Shown piece after piece: positions 29,486 to 31,927 of a DNA stretch of 31,927 nucleotides. This stretch comes from an uncultured archaeon. GTDB taxonomy: Archaea; Asgardarchaeota; Lokiarchaeia; Sigyniarchaeales; SOKP01. The DNA lies in NCBI GenBank assembly GCA_964493715.1, contig CAZBPC010000033.1:1-31927 (forward strand), in the 5' to 3' direction. How positions within the stretch are numbered: position 1 is the stretch's first letter; each line of letters begins with the position of its first letter. The position numbers and the translations under genes are program-made. The notes below the pieces were generated by a model. That model made no database searches. It worked only from the letters and a program-made list of their open reading frames with translations, and was not told where the DNA came from.

Positions 29486-30328
29486 TCAATCTACTATTGC
29501 ATAGGCATTACCAAGTACATTTACTCCTCTGTCTGTTCTAACTTGAATTATGTAGCGTCCATTGTCTTTCCAACCTTCTGTTGTTAAAGTTTCCCCCGGA
29601 TATACTTCATTTGTAAATCTTGCCTTAAATTCCTTGAAACGCGTGACATCTCCATTACAAAGACCATACATAATGGCTCGTGTAGCATAACCATAGGTAC
29701 AAAGTCCATGAAGGATAGGTTTTGTAAATTTTCCACTTCTCTTAGCAAATTCAGGATCTATATGCAGTGGGTTTAAATCTTGGACTAATCTATATACTGC
29801 TGCTTGATTGTTATTAATTTTATACGAAATGCTAAAATCAGGTTCAACTCCTTCGGGAGGGTTTAATGGTTCTGTTTTAGGACCACTTTCTCCATCAAAA
29901 CCCCCTTCACCAATGTAGAAATGGACGTATCTTACATCAAATACTTGAGTACCATCATTAGCCCTACCTATCATTTTCGAATGAATAACTGCTGCTTTCC
30001 CTTTATCATAAATATTTTCACATACGCCTATTACCTTTATTTCACCTTCTTTTGGAAAGGGTTGATGAATTTTGATCATTTGTTCTCCATGAATAAAACG
30101 AGAACCATCAATTCCTTTCTTACTGAGTCTTGGGAATCCTATTCCAGCAACAATGCAAGCGTAACTAGGAAAAACTTTTAAACCACCTTTAGCTCCCTCG
30201 TAAACAAATGATAGTTCTTCAGGTTGAGCACCAATCCCTATATTATATAAGATTACATCTTTCCAAGTGTATTTAAAAGTTCTTTCTTCCGTTTCTTTTC
30301 CGACAATGCCTAAATCTAAACTAGTCAT
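29486..30328 (-). CDS. MaoC-like double hot-dog (R)-specific enoyl-CoA hydratase 2
   Basis: DVILYNIGIGA, IHGEQ, YDKGK, YRLVQDLNPLHIDP, PILHGLCTYG, VYPGETL. ATG at 30328 preferred over GTG at 30337. Confidence 0.9.
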   Translation of the reverse strand: MTSLDLGIVGKETEERTFKYTWKDVILYNIGIGAQPEELSFVYEGAKGGLKVFPSYACIVAGIGFPRLSKKGIDGSRFIHGEQMIKIHQPFPKEGEIKVIGVCENIYDKGKAAVIHSKMIGRANDGTQVFDVRYVHFYIGEGGFDGESGPKTEPLNPPEGVEPDFSISYKINNNQAAVYRLVQDLNPLHIDPEFAKRSGKFTKPILHGLCTYGYATRAIMYGLCNGDVTRFKEFKARFTNEVYPGETLTTEGWKDNGRYIIQVRTDRGVNVLGNAYAIVD

Positions 30329-30403
30329 TTTAATCACGTATTAAATATACCAAATACATTTGTCTAGATTTAATTTCAGATAGAATATTAATTATATCAA
30401 ACA

Positions 30404-30468
30404 ATATGATCAATGATCACATTTAAATAGGATGATTGATATATGATCATATGATCAATAATCATATG
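30404..30468. promoter_or_regulatory. ATGATCA repeat cluster flanking a TATA box; putative operator
   Basis: ATGATCA at 30406, 30413, 30443 and 30451, with degenerate copies at 30432 and 30458. Perfect palindrome TGATCATATGATCA at 30444-57; TTTAAATA at 30422-29. Confidence 0.7.
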
Positions 30469-30478
30469 GTGAAAAATT

Positions 30479-31237
30479 ATGGAAGAATTTAGAAAAAATG
30501 ATCCAGAAACACATGAAAATGGTCCAGATTTTAAAGAATTCCACAGCAGAGAGAAGAATGGCTTCGATCCTCGTTTTTTCGATTCATACCGAGGACCTAT
30601 ATATCCCAGAAAACCAAGAAATAAACACAGACACAACCATTCTCATCACCGCCGTCCATTTGGTCCACCTTTGCCCATGTCAAGAGAAGAATTCAAGGAA
30701 ATCAAGCATTTAATGATCTTAACTCTATTATCAGAAATTCCTGAAGGCATTTCAGGATATCAATTACAGGAGCAATATAATTTACCCCGTGGAAGCATGA
30801 TGAGAAGTTTAAATGAATTAGAAGAGAATGAATCGTTATCCACAATTCAAGACGTTGTTAAAGGACGTTCTCAGAAGATTTATAAGATTACAGATAAAGG
30901 CAAAGAAAACTTGGAGAACCTTAAAGAGAAATGGACGTATCAATTTTTAAGGATGACTGATATTGCACCTATGGAACAATATGGTAATCCATTCGGAAGT
31001 CAACATTTTAAAAGTCGTTTATTGAGAAATTTAGAGAATATTGAAAACATTGAAGATGCTGTAGACATTTTTAGGGGATATCGATCGAAATTTAAACAAA
31101 TGTACAAGAGATTACAAAATCGAATGGAGAAGTTGGACAAGACGAAATCATATCTGGACTCTATTATAACTGAAATAGAAAAAATGGATCAATTTGATTT
31201 GAACAAAGTAAAGGAAATGATTGAAGAATTTCCTTAA
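30479..31237 (+). CDS. PadR-family winged-helix regulator with His/Arg/Pro-rich N-terminal extension
   Basis: ILTLL...SGYQL...GS..R.L.ELE...GR.QKIYKITDKGKE.L; HRHNHSHH tract; C-terminal coiled coil. Confidence 0.85.
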   Translation: MEEFRKNDPETHENGPDFKEFHSREKNGFDPRFFDSYRGPIYPRKPRNKHRHNHSHHRRPFGPPLPMSREEFKEIKHLMILTLLSEIPEGISGYQLQEQYNLPRGSMMRSLNELEENESLSTIQDVVKGRSQKIYKITDKGKENLENLKEKWTYQFLRMTDIAPMEQYGNPFGSQHFKSRLLRNLENIENIEDAVDIFRGYRSKFKQMYKRLQNRMEKLDKTKSYLDSIITEIEKMDQFDLNKVKEMIEEFP

Positions 31238-31243
31238 TTTAAC

Positions 31244-31253
31244 TTTTTTTTTT
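31244..31253 (+). terminator. Oligo-T terminator
   Basis: T10 run directly after the PadR stop codon. Confidence 0.5.
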
Positions 31254-31358
31254 CATATTTTTAATTTCTAGAGAATAAATGATTTTATTTGAGAATGCAA
31301 TATATTTGAAACTGGGACTTTATTATAATTAATTAATTCCCTTACATTTACTAAAAGT

Positions 31359-31927
31359 ATGGATCAAAACAAATTTGCTAATATTTTTGAGATTCAAAAA
31401 ATGAGTACCGAAGATGGTCCTGGTATCCGTACTACCGTCTTTTTCAAGCAATGCCCCTTGAAATGTATATGGTGTCACAATCCGGAATCAATTTTAAAGA
31501 AACAGCAATTAGAATGGTTTGAACATAAATGTATTGGTTGTAACACGTGTATAAAGACGTGTGAATTAGGAGCATTAAATTTTGAAGAAGATGGTCTCCA
31601 CATTGATCGGGAATTATGCACGAGTTGTGGAAAATGCTCCGATGAATGTCCTTCAACAGCACTTCACATGTTTGGAAAAATTTGGACCTTAGATGATCTC
31701 TATTACGAGGTTCAAAAAGATAAAGTCTATTATGAGCAATCTAAAGGGGGTATCACCGTATCTGGAGGAGAGCCAACGATCCAATCTGATTTCCTTTTAG
31801 AATTTTTAAAGATGTGCAAGGATAATGGTATTTCTACAGCTTTAGACACTTGTGGCTACGCTTCTAAAAGTATTTATGAAAAAATTTTACCGTACGTTGA
31901 TTTAGTCCTTCTAGATATCAAGGAAAT
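31359..31927 (+). CDS. Glycyl-radical enzyme activating protein (radical SAM) with 2x[4Fe-4S] insert; 3' end truncated by the window
   Basis: Not in ORF track. Manual translation: MDQNKFANIFEIQKMSTEDGPGIRTTVFFKQCPLKCIWCHNPES...CIGCNTCIKTC...CTSCGKCSDECP...GGITVSGGEP...LDTCGY. Confidence 0.93.
   Translation, partial: MDQNKFANIFEIQKMSTEDGPGIRTTVFFKQCPLKCIWCHNPESILKKQQLEWFEHKCIGCNTCIKTCELGALNFEEDGLHIDRELCTSCGKCSDECPSTALHMFGKIWTLDDLYYEVQKDKVYYEQSKGGITVSGGEPTIQSDFLLEFLKMCKDNGISTALDTCGYASKSIYEKILPYVDLVLLDIKE

Overview
AT-rich, gene-dense chromosomal segment of an anaerobic archaeon. Cdc6/Orc1, XerA, BRE/TATA-type promoters and oligo-T terminators point to an archaeon. The low GC and the mix of bacterial-like catabolic genes with eukaryote-like domains suggest an Asgard (Lokiarchaeia-like) genome; this is inference. 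About 28 CDS are supported, two of them truncated by the window edges and absent from the ORF track: a PiT phosphate transporter (1..924, minus) and a glycyl-radical-enzyme activase (31359..end). The left half carries PiT/DUF47, purA, a cytoplasmic GIFT (IFT52/GldG-like) protein, tldD/tldE, a steroid-5-alpha-reductase/DUF1295/extended-SDR trio, and a cdc6-xerA-trxB block with palindromes and a 16/17-bp direct repeat. The right half carries an MgtA-like ATPase and a ~12 kb anaerobic catabolic region: a glycyl radical enzyme with atypical active-site loops, a GPH transporter, 3-hydroxyacyl-CoA dehydrogenase, crotonase, cytoplasmic DmsAB-like molybdoenzyme, hydratase-2, a His-rich PadR regulator with ATGATCA repeats, and the activase. 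No rRNA, tRNA, CRISPR array or transposase was seen. All family calls come from motif recognition by eye, not from searches.
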